Assembly: GCA_002746305.1 (NCBI GenBank)
Contig: NVWV01000005.1
Location: 205,126-269,125, forward strand
Reading direction: 5' to 3'
DNA: 64,000 bases
Source: Bacteroidota bacterium
Lineage (GTDB): Bacteria > Bacteroidota > Bacteroidia > NS11-12g > UBA9320
Of this stretch, positions 28,148 through 38,804 are shown piece after piece. A program made the position numbers and the translations under genes. The first letter of the stretch is position 1. The number at the start of each line of letters is the position of its first letter. Under the pieces are notes generated by a model that saw nothing but the letters and a program-made list of their open reading frames with translations, ran no database searches and was not told the DNA's origin.

Positions 28148-29434
28148 ATGACGTTTACACCGAAATACAACCTTATTGAAGAGCTTAAATGGCGTGGCTT
28201 ACATCATCAAGATATGCCGGGTACAGAAGAATTGCTGATGAAAGAATTGGTGAGTGGTTATGTAGGATTTGATCCCACAGCAGACTCTCTCCATATTGGA
28301 AATATGGTCCCTATTATTCTCTTGGTTCACTTGCAGCAAGCAGGACATAAACCCTATGCTCTTGTTGGAGGAGCTACAGGAATGGTTGGAGATCCGAGTG
28401 GTAAAAAAGCTGAACGGACATTGCTTGATTTGGATACTCTAAATCATAATCTTTCTTGTCAAAGAAAGCAATTGGAACAATTTTTAGATTTCGATTGTGG
28501 TGAAAATAGTGCGGAGTTGGTGAACAATTATGATTGGTTCAAGGATTTTAACTTCTTGGAGTTCATTCGTGATGTTGGGAAACATATTTCCGTAAATTAT
28601 ATGATGGCCAAAGATTCGGTAAAGAATAGACTGGAAGATGGCATGAGTTTTACAGAATTTAGCTATCAATTGGTCCAGGGGTATGATTTCTTTCACTTGT
28701 GGAATGAGAAGAATGTAAAACTTCAGATGGGAGGAAGCGACCAGTGGGGTAACATCGTAACTGGAACTGAGTTGATTAGAAGAAAAGGAGGAGAAAATAG
28801 TAAAGGCTATTCTCTTACTGCACCTCTGATTACTAAAGCTGATGGAAGTAAGTTTGGCAAAAGCGAAGGAGGAAATGTATGGTTGGATGCTGAAAAAACA
28901 AGTCCTTATGAGTTTTATCAGTTTTGGATGAATACCAGTGATGAAGATGCAGAACGGTATATTAAAATATTCACTTTATATGATAAGTCGTTCATATCTA
29001 ATATGATAACTGAACATAAGGGAGCCCCTCATTTACGTTTTTTACAGAAAGAATTAGCAAAATATGTTACCACTTGGGTTCATGGTGACGAAGGATTTAA
29101 AATAGCACTTACAGCATCTGAAATACTTTTTGGAAAAGGAACTTCAGAAAGTCTAAGAAGTTTATCTGAAAAGGACTTTCTTTCTATATTTGATGGAGTA
29201 AAAAAATCAGAAGTAGATGAAATTGAGGGAGTTAACATAATTGATATGTGCGGAGATACTGGTTTTTTAGCAAGTAAAAGCGAGGCAAGAAGAGCATTAA
29301 AGGAAAATTCTGTATCGGTAAATAGCGATAAAGTTTCCGAGGATTTTAATTTTTCGAATAGTGACCTTATCAATGGTAAGTATATACTGTTGCAGAGAGG
29401 AAGGAAAAACAAATTTTTGGTTATTAAAAAATAG
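28148..29434 (+). CDS. tyrS: Tyrosine--tRNA ligase
   Basis: Class I HIGH motif (SLHIGNMVPI) and KMSKS motif (KFGKSEG). A C-terminal S4-like domain is present. Length is 428 aa. Confidence 0.85.
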   Translation: MTFTPKYNLIEELKWRGLHHQDMPGTEELLMKELVSGYVGFDPTADSLHIGNMVPIILLVHLQQAGHKPYALVGGATGMVGDPSGKKAERTLLDLDTLNHNLSCQRKQLEQFLDFDCGENSAELVNNYDWFKDFNFLEFIRDVGKHISVNYMMAKDSVKNRLEDGMSFTEFSYQLVQGYDFFHLWNEKNVKLQMGGSDQWGNIVTGTELIRRKGGENSKGYSLTAPLITKADGSKFGKSEGGNVWLDAEKTSPYEFYQFWMNTSDEDAERYIKIFTLYDKSFISNMITEHKGAPHLRFLQKELAKYVTTWVHGDEGFKIALTASEILFGKGTSESLRSLSEKDFLSIFDGVKKSEVDEIEGVNIIDMCGDTGFLASKSEARRALKENSVSVNSDKVSEDFNFSNSDLINGKYILLQRGRKNKFLVIKK

Positions 29435-29436
29435 AC

Positions 29437-30285
29437 ATGTTAACATTAGATCCAAAAGAATTAGCAATACCTAAACTGCATCACTACTTGCTAGGTAGTA
29501 TTGGTCCTCGACCAATTGCTTTTGCAAGTACAATAGATACATCGGGTAACAGAAATTTGGCACCATTTAGTTTTTTTAATGTATTCAGTGCTAATCCTCC
29601 AATTCTAATATTTTCTCCCTCAAGAAGCGGTAGGACTAATGCTACCAAGAATACATACGATAATGTCAAGTCAGTTGCAGAAGTAGTTATTAATGTGGTT
29701 AATTACGATATGGTGCATCAAATGAGTCTAACAAGCTCACCCTTTGATGCAGGAATTGATGAGTTTGAAAAAGGGGGATTTACACCTATCCCATCTGAGA
29801 CTGTTGAGCCTTATAGGGTTAAAGAATCACCTATACAAATGGAGTGTAAAGTTTTAGAAGTAAAGGAGTTGGGTGTGAACGGTGGAGCTGGTAACCTAGT
29901 AATTTGTGAAGTACAAAGAATTCATATCAATGAAAAAGTACTTGACGAAAATAATATGGTGGATCAACAGAAAATAGACTTGGTGAGTCGCATGGGTGGT
30001 AATTGGTATTGTAGGACGAATTCAGGAAGTATGTTTGAGCTTGATAAGCCCCTTACAACAATTGGTATAGGAGTAGATGCCCTACCTGGGAAAATAAGAT
30101 TGAGTTCGGAGCTTACAGGAAATGATTTAGGCAGACTAGGTAATTTACAATACCTACCTTCAGAGGATGAATTGACTTCAGCTTTGAAGAATATTTCAAT
30201 TGAACTCTCTGTTTCAATTGCTAAAGAGTTTCTAAGAAAGAATGAACCGTTAATTGCCTATGCTGTATTAAATAAAATACTATAA
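29437..30285 (+). CDS. Flavin reductase-like (FMN-binding split-barrel) domain protein with C-terminal extension
   Basis: The N-terminal LGSIGPRPIAFASTIDTSGNRNLAPFSFFN matches the flavin-reductase-like domain signature. Confidence 0.5.
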   Translation: MLTLDPKELAIPKLHHYLLGSIGPRPIAFASTIDTSGNRNLAPFSFFNVFSANPPILIFSPSRSGRTNATKNTYDNVKSVAEVVINVVNYDMVHQMSLTSSPFDAGIDEFEKGGFTPIPSETVEPYRVKESPIQMECKVLEVKELGVNGGAGNLVICEVQRIHINEKVLDENNMVDQQKIDLVSRMGGNWYCRTNSGSMFELDKPLTTIGIGVDALPGKIRLSSELTGNDLGRLGNLQYLPSEDELTSALKNISIELSVSIAKEFLRKNEPLIAYAVLNKIL

Positions 30286-30819
30286 ATGAATATATCCAGA
30301 TTTTTTTTTAAACTTCTAATTATTACAACCTACATAGTCAGAGTGGCTTTGCTTGTATTTCCATTAGCTGCAATTATTGTCCTTGCAAAGGAGGGTGGTT
30401 GGAAATATGGATTTACATTTATTCAGAATAATATTGAGGTTGCGGCGTTTGTATCATTTGCAATTGGTTTTCTCTTGTCATTCTACCATGCCATGAGTTT
30501 TGAAGAGGTTGGAGGAGCTCCTATCAAAAATTATATGAGAACAAGACAATCAGTTCAAGTAAGAAGTAACAAGGGATTAGATGTTGTAGAAGAGTTTTTA
30601 TCCAATCATACAAAGTATAAGAACATTAGGCGAGTAGGGAATGTATTGACGGCTCGACGAAATGTGATATTCTTGAGTCCAGATAGGGTTAAGGTCACCG
30701 ACAATGGAGATACATTTACATTAGAAAGTGGGCCATTTATTTTTTTATGGTTTATTGATTTTGGGAGAAATTTCAAGAATGTAAAGGAGATAGCACGGTA
30801 CATTAAACTAGGTAAATGA
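30286..30819 (+). CDS. Hypothetical membrane protein
   Basis: There are two predicted TM helices (LLIITTYIVRVALLVFPLAAIIVLA; VAAFVSFAIGFLLSFY). No motif. The start is adjacent to the upstream stop and the end overlaps the next gene by 4 nt. Confidence 0.35.
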   Translation: MNISRFFFKLLIITTYIVRVALLVFPLAAIIVLAKEGGWKYGFTFIQNNIEVAAFVSFAIGFLLSFYHAMSFEEVGGAPIKNYMRTRQSVQVRSNKGLDVVEEFLSNHTKYKNIRRVGNVLTARRNVIFLSPDRVKVTDNGDTFTLESGPFIFLWFIDFGRNFKNVKEIARYIKLGK

Positions 30820-31385
30820 ATATAGGTATAATTTCAGGATCTGCTAGAAAAGATAACAATACCTTAAGAGTGGCAAAGGCAATTGGTTTAGAGTTAAACA
30901 ATTCAAATATCGTTGATTTTCAAGAGTATGATCTACCAAGCTTTGCAGATGGGTTTATCAGTCCTGATTCAGAAACACCTTTTCAATCACATCTTATAAA
31001 AATAATAAATGAATCTGATTTATTATTGGTTTTGACTCCAGAGTATAACTGGTTTCCAAGTGCTGAAATTATCAATACCATTCATCAGCTGGCAGGACCT
31101 ACATATAAACATATTTTTGATAATAAGGTCGTTGCCACAATTGGAGTAAGTGTGGGAAGAGGAGGGCGAATGCCTGCAGTCCAACTTGGGTATGTATTTA
31201 ATAAGATATTCAATGTTTTTGATTTAAACAGCATAACAAGTCCTCGTACGTTCGAAGCACAAGAAGTGACTAGATGTATTGATGATGAAGGCAATCTATT
31301 AGATAATGATATGTTTAACAAGGGTTTCAGATCATTCTTGGACTATTCACTTAAAGTTGCAAAAAGATGGCAGCTAAGTGATTGA
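30816..31385 (+). CDS. NAD(P)H-dependent FMN reductase family protein
   Basis: MNIGIISGSARKDNNTLRVAKAI is the flavodoxin-like NADPH-dependent FMN reductase N-terminal signature. Size is 189 aa. Confidence 0.6.
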   Translation: MNIGIISGSARKDNNTLRVAKAIGLELNNSNIVDFQEYDLPSFADGFISPDSETPFQSHLIKIINESDLLLVLTPEYNWFPSAEIINTIHQLAGPTYKHIFDNKVVATIGVSVGRGGRMPAVQLGYVFNKIFNVFDLNSITSPRTFEAQEVTRCIDDEGNLLDNDMFNKGFRSFLDYSLKVAKRWQLSD

Positions 31386-31421
31386 AAAAAATTATTTTGC
31401 GACCACGTAAAATAATATAAA

Positions 31422-34313
31422 ATGAAAAATCTTTTATTTCTTGGCTTATTACTATTCTCAGCCTTTGCAAAGGCACAAAATACAACCTTTACAAGGTTAA
31501 TTAATAATGACTCCGCAGATAATGTTCAAGCAGGGTTTCAAGTTTCAAATGGAGATTACTTTATTCTTTCGGTAACGGCAGAAGGAGGACAAGGAGGTAC
31601 CGATTTTCAGATAAGTCGTACAAATGGTCTAGGAAGTACGCTTTGGTCATATACCTACGGTACTTCTGGAGATGACTTTGGATCCGCTATGAAACCTACT
31701 TCTGATGGAGGTGTAATAGTCTGTGGTTATAGTGACGGTTTAATTGGTGGATCATTTGATCAGGCTTTTATATCTAAGATAAATTCTTCAGGAACAGTTC
31801 AATGGACTAAGTTATTGCAGACGGATAGTAATTCTAGGGCTTTGGATGTAATCCAAGCTCGGAACGGTGTTTATTATCTCACAGGGTACGTTGATTTAGA
31901 TACCATGGGAACAAATATGTTGGCTTCTCGAATAGATGGAACAGGTTCGGTAACTTGGATTAAGACTTTAGGAGGCGATGGTGATGATGTAGGTTATTCT
32001 CTTACTGAGGATGCTTTAAATAGAATAGTAATTGCTGGGAGTACTTCAAATGATTCTGTGAACATTGGAAGTTCTGGCGATGTTGATATTAGTTTCATAG
32101 CTCTTAATACTGGTGGATCAATCTTACTTTCAAAGAATTTTGGAACCACTTCTGATGACTATGCAACGGTAATTCGTTCGTATGTGGATGGTTTTTTATA
32201 TGTAGCAGGAAATACAATGGGAGGATCGTCGATTGATGAAGATGCCTTCATTCTAAAAATGGATACCAATTTTAATGTGTCAACATCAACTTGGTATGGG
32301 TTATTAGGAAATGATAGAGCAGAGGACCTCCTAGTAACAGGAAGTAACAATTTCTTATTGGCTACATCCTCAGCAGGAATGTTCTCTCCAAGAGATGCCT
32401 ATTTTACAGAAATTAATGCTTTCGTGGTTTCCGGAGGAACTGGAATTATTGGGGGAGTGAATGCAGATGCTAGTAATGGAGTATCTTTAATGGGTAATTC
32501 CGCATCAGGATATTCTGTGATTACATCTGGGACTTCCTTTGGAACAGGTACTTTGGAAGATGTGTATATTACAAAATTGGAATCAACTCTAAGTGCTGAT
32601 TGTGGTTACTTAATGGACATGATAGATTTTGGTTCAATGTCACTTAGTAGCAATACCTTTAGTAATTCTACTTCAACAGGTGCTAGCAATTCTGTAACGC
32701 TTACAAGATCAAGTGTAACGAATAGTGATTCAATTCTTTGCTGCAAACTTGAAGCAAGAACTGGTGCGACAGCTATCACAATATGTGAAGGAGATAATGT
32801 CAATATAGGTCGACAGAATATAACAGGTTATCAGTATTCTTGGACTACTTTAAGCGGGAATTCATTTACTAGTAACAGTTCAAATCCAAGTGTTTCTCCA
32901 ACGGTAACAACAGAATATAAGTTAGTGGTTTCATCTGCAGATGGAATATGTAGTCATGACTCCGCGACAGTATTGGTGACGGTTAATCAACGGCAAACTC
33001 AAGTGTTTTTAGGAGACACATTATTTTGTGATGGAGATAGTGTAATACTCGAAGCACAAAGTGGAATGAATTTTTACGAATGGGTTTACAATGGCAACAC
33101 AACAAATAATGCAAGTCTTAAAATTAAGGAAACAGGGACTATAAGATTATTTGCGATAGACAATAATTCGTGTATTTATAGAGATACCTTAGAGGCAGAA
33201 AAGAAGGCATTACCTGAATTCAACCTTGGGAATGATACAACCATTTGCGATAACTTATCGATAACATTAACAGGCCCTGCTGGTCTGCCAACATATGATT
33301 GGAATGGTACAATTGGAAGTTCAAATACATTAATTACAAATTCTTCACAGGATCATATCCTAATTGCCACAGATGCTTTTGGATGTCAATATTCTGATAC
33401 TGTTCGAATTTTAACGAACCCATCATCTTCTTTCTCTTTAGGAAATGATACAGCAATTTGTGCTGGGACTACTGTAGATATTTTTATAAATGCTGTATTA
33501 ACAGATTATAAATGGAATGGAGTTGCAAGCACTAGTTCTAGTTTTACCGTGAGCAGTGAAGGAACTTATTTTGCAGAGGCTCAAAATAGTTTTGATTGTC
33601 CTAGTTATGATACTATAGTAATTTCCGAGTTGGCTGCTCCTATTTTCTCATTAGGTGCAGATACTGGTTTTTGTGATGAAATAATTTACACCTTACAAGG
33701 CCCATCTGCAATGAAAAGTTACACATGGTCTGATAATACTGACTTAAGTACACTGGATATTTCTGCTATTGGTTTGTATTATTTGGACGTTGTCGGAGGA
33801 AATGATTGTGTATATTCAGATAGTATAAATATTGAGCTTTACACCAGCCCAACTATTAGTTTAGGAAATGATACAATCATACCTTCAAGTGGTTCATTAG
33901 CACTTACTCCAGGTTCAGACTTTGACGTATATGATTGGAGTACGGGTGAGTCATCAGAGTCAATAACAGTTTCAGATACTGGTCTCTATTCGGTAATTGT
34001 AACCGATACAAACGGATGTTCGGCAACTGATACTATTTGGATTCCAAGTACAGCAAGTATTGGATTTATTGACGGGGTAAAATATTCAATATTCCCAAAT
34101 CCAGTTTCTGAAAAAATTCAGATAATTACAGAAGGTGAAATGTCTAATGCCAAGTTTATATTGATTGATGTTACAGGAAAAGAAGTGTTTAAGGACACTC
34201 TAAAAGGAAATAGTAGTTCAATTAATGTTTCTTCCTTGGAGAATGGCATATATAAATTAATTCTTTACTCGGATGTTAAGTCACTAACTTTTAGCGTTGT
34301 AGTATCACACTAA
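31422..34313 (+). CDS. Large secreted repeat protein (beta-propeller-like N-terminal repeats, tandem Cys-containing Ig-like modules) with T9SS C-terminal sorting domain; adhesin-like
   Basis: Signal peptide MKNLLFLGLLLFSAFAKAQ. Repeated ~80-aa modules carry a C.GD.V.L….Y.W pattern. The C-terminus (YSIFPNPVSEKIQI…GIYKLILYSD…) is a type-A T9SS CTD. Confidence 0.6.
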   Translation: MKNLLFLGLLLFSAFAKAQNTTFTRLINNDSADNVQAGFQVSNGDYFILSVTAEGGQGGTDFQISRTNGLGSTLWSYTYGTSGDDFGSAMKPTSDGGVIVCGYSDGLIGGSFDQAFISKINSSGTVQWTKLLQTDSNSRALDVIQARNGVYYLTGYVDLDTMGTNMLASRIDGTGSVTWIKTLGGDGDDVGYSLTEDALNRIVIAGSTSNDSVNIGSSGDVDISFIALNTGGSILLSKNFGTTSDDYATVIRSYVDGFLYVAGNTMGGSSIDEDAFILKMDTNFNVSTSTWYGLLGNDRAEDLLVTGSNNFLLATSSAGMFSPRDAYFTEINAFVVSGGTGIIGGVNADASNGVSLMGNSASGYSVITSGTSFGTGTLEDVYITKLESTLSADCGYLMDMIDFGSMSLSSNTFSNSTSTGASNSVTLTRSSVTNSDSILCCKLEARTGATAITICEGDNVNIGRQNITGYQYSWTTLSGNSFTSNSSNPSVSPTVTTEYKLVVSSADGICSHDSATVLVTVNQRQTQVFLGDTLFCDGDSVILEAQSGMNFYEWVYNGNTTNNASLKIKETGTIRLFAIDNNSCIYRDTLEAEKKALPEFNLGNDTTICDNLSITLTGPAGLPTYDWNGTIGSSNTLITNSSQDHILIATDAFGCQYSDTVRILTNPSSSFSLGNDTAICAGTTVDIFINAVLTDYKWNGVASTSSSFTVSSEGTYFAEAQNSFDCPSYDTIVISELAAPIFSLGADTGFCDEIIYTLQGPSAMKSYTWSDNTDLSTLDISAIGLYYLDVVGGNDCVYSDSINIELYTSPTISLGNDTIIPSSGSLALTPGSDFDVYDWSTGESSESITVSDTGLYSVIVTDTNGCSATDTIWIPSTASIGFIDGVKYSIFPNPVSEKIQIITEGEMSNAKFILIDVTGKEVFKDTLKGNSSSINVSSLENGIYKLILYSDVKSLTFSVVVSH

Positions 34314-34316
34314 AGA

Positions 34317-35231
34317 ATGTCAATAGTTATTAAAAATCTTTCAAAACAGTATGGTAGACAAAAAGCAATCGACAATATCTCATTTACTATAGATTCTGGA
34401 GAGATTGTTGGTTTTCTAGGTCCAAATGGAGCTGGAAAAAGTACTACAATGAAAATTCTAAGTGGGTTTATCCCACAGACTTCAGGAAGTGCAGAGGTTT
34501 TAGGAATGGATATAGTTAATGATTCTTTGAAAATTAAAAAGAGGATTGGTTATTTAGCAGAACTTAATCCTTTATATACAGAAATGTATATAACTGAATA
34601 TCTCAAATTCAATGCTGATATTTATAAAATAAAAGATGCAAAAGGGGCAATTGAACGAGTGATAAAAGCTACAGGCCTTTCTTTGGAGAGGAAGAAAAAA
34701 ATTGGACAATTGTCAAAAGGCTATAAGCAAAGAGTTGGACTAGCCCAAGCATTGCTTAATGATCCAGATGTGCTAATATTGGATGAACCCACCTCAGGTT
34801 TGGATCCTAACCAAATGAGTGAAATTAGAAAGCTCATTTTGTCTTTAGGTAAGAATAAAACAATTCTATTGTCATCACATATAATGCAGGAAGTAGAGGC
34901 TATGTGCAGTAGAGTCATCATTATTAATAAAGGTAAGATTGTTGCGGATGATAAGGTAGATGCTGTAAAGAGTTTACTCTCAAAAGGTAGTCATACGATT
35001 GTAGTTAAATTTAGAAATGCAATAGATACCACAAAGCTGAAAGAGAATAGTGGAATTACGAAGATAGAAGGGCTGTCCGTTAATACATATAAAGTAACAT
35101 CTAGCAGCAAGGTCGATTTGGCAGGATTGCTTTTTAAATTTGCTATAGATTCAGAAACCATAATAATAGAGCAACGCGAAGAGGTTGAGACGTTAGAGTC
35201 TGTTTTTCAACAATTAACAGGTAATGTTTAG
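34317..35231 (+). CDS. gldA: Gliding-motility ABC transporter ATP-binding protein GldA-like
   Basis: Walker A GPNGAGKST, the ABC signature LSKGYKQRVGLA, and Walker B ILILDEP. It is followed directly by ABC-2 permease and GldG-like genes, the architecture of the gldA/gldF/gldG transporter. Confidence 0.6.
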   Translation: MSIVIKNLSKQYGRQKAIDNISFTIDSGEIVGFLGPNGAGKSTTMKILSGFIPQTSGSAEVLGMDIVNDSLKIKKRIGYLAELNPLYTEMYITEYLKFNADIYKIKDAKGAIERVIKATGLSLERKKKIGQLSKGYKQRVGLAQALLNDPDVLILDEPTSGLDPNQMSEIRKLILSLGKNKTILLSSHIMQEVEAMCSRVIIINKGKIVADDKVDAVKSLLSKGSHTIVVKFRNAIDTTKLKENSGITKIEGLSVNTYKVTSSSKVDLAGLLFKFAIDSETIIIEQREEVETLESVFQQLTGNV

Positions 35232-35952
35232 TATATTCAAGAAGGAAATACGAGGATTTTTAAGTTCACTAATTGCCTATGTGGTGATCATAGTATTTCT
35301 ATTGATAATAGGACTGTTTACTTGGGTTTTTGCTGATGGAAATGTTCTAGCCTTAGGCCATGCAAATCTTGATGTTTTATTTTTTATGGCACCTTGGGTG
35401 TTTATATTTTTGATATCAGCTATAACGATGCGTTCCTTTTCAGAAGAGATTAATCAGGGGACCTTTGAAATTTTAAGTACTAAACCCATAACAGATATAG
35501 ATATAATATTAGGAAAGTTCTTTGCAGCTATTTCTCTTGTTCTTTTTGCAATCTTACCAACTTTACTTTACTTCTTTTCTGTTTATCAATTGGGATTACC
35601 AAAAGGGAACATTGATGTAGGAGCAACCTTTGGTTCATACATTGGCTTATTACTTTTAGGTGCTAGCTATGCAGCCATCGGAATATTTTCTTCTGCTGTT
35701 ACACCTAACCAGATTGTTGCATTCATTTTAGGAATGTTCTTGTGCTTCTTTTTTTATGTAGGCTTTCAGCAATTAAGTAATTTGAACTTATTTGGGACAT
35801 TTGATAGTATTGTACAAGCTCTCGGGATTCAATTCCACTATGATTCCATAAGTCGTGGGGTTGTAGATACAAGAGACTTAATGTATTTTGGGTCATTAAT
35901 TACAGTTTTTTTAGGTTTAACTTATATCGTTCTTAACAGCAGAAAATGGTAA
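35224..35952 (+). CDS. gldF: Gliding-motility ABC-2 type permease GldF-like
   Basis: It is 242 aa with six hydrophobic helices, in the ABC-2 family. It overlaps gldA-like by 8 nt and the gldG-like gene by 7 nt. Confidence 0.55.
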   Translation: MFSIFKKEIRGFLSSLIAYVVIIVFLLIIGLFTWVFADGNVLALGHANLDVLFFMAPWVFIFLISAITMRSFSEEINQGTFEILSTKPITDIDIILGKFFAAISLVLFAILPTLLYFFSVYQLGLPKGNIDVGATFGSYIGLLLLGASYAAIGIFSSAVTPNQIVAFILGMFLCFFFYVGFQQLSNLNLFGTFDSIVQALGIQFHYDSISRGVVDTRDLMYFGSLITVFLGLTYIVLNSRKW

Positions 35953-37730
35953 AACTTAATAAGAAAAGGACTAAGAGAAATGGTGTTATTAAGAAGGCAA
36001 TAATTGTCTTTTTTGCAATTATCTTTTTGAATGTACTAGCAGATAAGTTCTATCAGCGTTTAGATTTAACAAAGGAAAAGAGATATACGCTTTCAGAGTC
36101 CACAAAGAGATTGATAGATAAAGTAGACGATGACATATATATAACTATTTTCCTTGATGGAGACCTGCCATTAGAGTACAAGAGGTTGAAATCTGCTACT
36201 AGAGATATGCTTAACGAGTTCAAGTTGGCATCCTCTGGCAATATTTCATTTGATTTTGATGATGTTCTAAGTGATAAAGAAATAAAAGAGAAAGAGTCGA
36301 TACTAAAAGATATTTACAAAAGAGGTTTGCGTATTGAAAGACCAGAAACCAGACCTGATGAGGCTCCATCTGAAAAATTTATAATACCAGCAGGGGTAGT
36401 TTATTATAAAGGGAAGGAATACCCTCTTAACCTCATGAAGAGGCAATTTGGTAAGCCATTGGAAGAAGAGATCAATGGTTCTATTGAGTTATTAGAATAT
36501 GAAATTGGAAATGTAATCAGAAAAGGAGTTGTTGGGCAAGAACTTAAACTTGCGTTCACAGTAGGCCATGGGGAATTGGATGAAGTTGAAACTGCAGATA
36601 TTACCAATGAACTGTTAGGATTCTATGACGTTAATAGAATTAACTTGAATCTTACAGATTCGAATTGTTATAAGCTTTTTTCAAAGGAAGTAGCCAATAA
36701 TCCAGAGAAAGAGGTTTTTACCATATTAGTAGAAGGCTTAATAAAAAAACTCAATGAGTATCAAGGAATAGTAATTGCCAAGCCAACTAAACCATTTTCT
36801 GAGCCTGAGAAGTTTATCATTGATCAGTATGTAATGAACGGTGGGAAGGTCATTTTTTTAGTTGAGAATTTAGTTGCTGAAATGGATTCAGTGGCCAAGT
36901 ATGGTCAGATGGTTACAACGAACCACAATCATAATTTAGGGGACATGCTTTTTCATTATGGTGTGAAGATAAAGCCTTCACTAATTCAGGATTTACAAAG
37001 TCATGGTATCCCTGCAATAAATCAGCAAACAAATAGGCCGGGCTTTTGGCCTTGGATGTTTTATCCTTTGTTCAATGCTATTGATGATAATCCAGTGTCA
37101 AAGAATTTAGAAAATGTATGGGGGAGGTATTGTAGTTCTTTAGATACGACTAAGAGTAAATCTTTGCGTAAAACGGTATTGCTAAGGTCGTCACCCCAGT
37201 CCAGATTGGCACACAGCCCAGTTCTTATATCATTGGACTTGCTAAAGGTGAAACCAGACCCTGTAAATTTTAGAAAGGGAAACCAGATTGCAGCAGTCTT
37301 AGTTAATGGAACTTTTACCAGTCCGTTTAGATACAGGTCTGGTGTTAAAAAAGCCTTTGATATTTCATTTATAGATTCTGTTGAATCCAATGCTATGATT
37401 GTCATAGGAGATGGTGATTTGATACGAAATCAGGTGTCGTCTGATGGGCAAGTATATCCTTTGGGGTACGACAAATATGGGTCTAAGCAATTTGGAACTC
37501 CAGTTGAGTTTGCTAATAAGAAATTCTTCCTCAATTGTGTAGATTATCTTTGTGATGATTCTAACTTAATAGAAGTACGAAGTAGGGAGATTATTTTGAG
37601 ATTGCTCAATAAAGGGAAAGTCAAATCAGAGAAATTATTTTGGCAGAGTTTAAATATGATACTACCCATAATTTCTATTATTATATTTGGGTTGGTAAAT
37701 GCTTTCATCCGAAAGAGGCGTTGGACATAA
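35946..37730 (+). CDS. gldG: Gliding-motility-associated ABC transporter auxiliary/substrate-binding protein GldG-like
   Basis: N-terminal and C-terminal TM anchors are present (AIIVFFAIIFLNVLA; ILPIISIIIFGLVNAF) with a large periplasmic region. The N-proximal DLTKEKRYTLS motif is typical of GldG. Length is 594 aa. Confidence 0.6.
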   Translation: MVKLNKKRTKRNGVIKKAIIVFFAIIFLNVLADKFYQRLDLTKEKRYTLSESTKRLIDKVDDDIYITIFLDGDLPLEYKRLKSATRDMLNEFKLASSGNISFDFDDVLSDKEIKEKESILKDIYKRGLRIERPETRPDEAPSEKFIIPAGVVYYKGKEYPLNLMKRQFGKPLEEEINGSIELLEYEIGNVIRKGVVGQELKLAFTVGHGELDEVETADITNELLGFYDVNRINLNLTDSNCYKLFSKEVANNPEKEVFTILVEGLIKKLNEYQGIVIAKPTKPFSEPEKFIIDQYVMNGGKVIFLVENLVAEMDSVAKYGQMVTTNHNHNLGDMLFHYGVKIKPSLIQDLQSHGIPAINQQTNRPGFWPWMFYPLFNAIDDNPVSKNLENVWGRYCSSLDTTKSKSLRKTVLLRSSPQSRLAHSPVLISLDLLKVKPDPVNFRKGNQIAAVLVNGTFTSPFRYRSGVKKAFDISFIDSVESNAMIVIGDGDLIRNQVSSDGQVYPLGYDKYGSKQFGTPVEFANKKFFLNCVDYLCDDSNLIEVRSREIILRLLNKGKVKSEKLFWQSLNMILPIISIIIFGLVNAFIRKRRWT

Positions 37731-37739
37731 TTATGAGGT

Positions 37740-38804
37740 ATGCGGTTAACTTTATTACATATCATTTTATTCTCAAGCCTAGTAGGGTTTTGTCAGGATA
37801 ACAAGTTTATTGCGACTAGTTATACGCCCGGTTTCCTTTTGGCTCATAGAGCAGATATAAAAAACTTGGCAGCTCACAATTTTGGATTAGAAGTGGCTTT
37901 TGAGAAAGAAGTTTCAAATTCTAGTTGGGGAGACTTCTATAATAAACCATCTATCGGATATGGGCTTTTGTATTATAATCTGGGTAAAGAAGAGACAGGG
38001 CATGCATTTGGGATTCTTACTCATGTGAAACTAAATCTTGTCACGTTAGGAAGCAGTGATATCAAATTTAGAATGGGAGCTGGTTTAGCCTACTTGACAA
38101 AGAAATTTGATGTTTATGACAACAGAAGGAATCAGGCGATAGGGAGTCATTTCAATGGTAGTATGCAGTTTGGTCTAATAGCTCACACTCCTATAAGAGA
38201 TAATCTAGATTATATAGACTATGGGATATCTATCTCGCATTACTCCAATGCTGCTTTTAAGGTGCCTAATCTTGGATATAATATCCCTTCGGTTACCATT
38301 AGGTATGGATTTAATATTGGGACAAGTGAGGGGCCTAAAAATGTTGATTCTACTGTTTTGAATAAATTTGACTGGAGAGCGACACTGTTTTATGCTAAAA
38401 AACAAAGAAATTTTGCAGACCCTACAGATTTTTACAATTTTGGAATACAGTTGAGAGGACTGAAAAACGTGAATAAAGCAAAGGCTTGGCGATTTGGTTT
38501 GGATTATACATTGGATAAAACCTACAAATTTTCAGAAGATAAGACTGTAGCTTTGGATTCTATTTCATTGATTGACAAGTCTGAAGTTGCAATTGCTGCA
38601 GGGTTTCAATGGAGTTTTGGAAAAACAGATGTTATAGCGGAAATGGGCGTTTATATTTTTAAGCCAGCAGTACTTAAAAATCAACTGAGCCAGAGGATGG
38701 GAATAGCCTATAGATTTACAGATAGATTATCAGGACTAGGAACATTGAGGTTTCATAGAGGGGTCGCTGATTTTTTTGAAATGGGAATTGGATATACGTT
38801 ATGA
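37740..38804 (+). CDS. Outer-membrane acyloxyacyl hydrolase / lipid A deacylase (PagL-like) candidate
   Basis: Signal peptide. ISISHYSNAAF contains the H-x-S-N catalytic motif of PagL-like deacylases. The C-terminal …GIGYTL is beta-barrel-like. Confidence 0.4.
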   Translation: MRLTLLHIILFSSLVGFCQDNKFIATSYTPGFLLAHRADIKNLAAHNFGLEVAFEKEVSNSSWGDFYNKPSIGYGLLYYNLGKEETGHAFGILTHVKLNLVTLGSSDIKFRMGAGLAYLTKKFDVYDNRRNQAIGSHFNGSMQFGLIAHTPIRDNLDYIDYGISISHYSNAAFKVPNLGYNIPSVTIRYGFNIGTSEGPKNVDSTVLNKFDWRATLFYAKKQRNFADPTDFYNFGIQLRGLKNVNKAKAWRFGLDYTLDKTYKFSEDKTVALDSISLIDKSEVAIAAGFQWSFGKTDVIAEMGVYIFKPAVLKNQLSQRMGIAYRFTDRLSGLGTLRFHRGVADFFEMGIGYTL

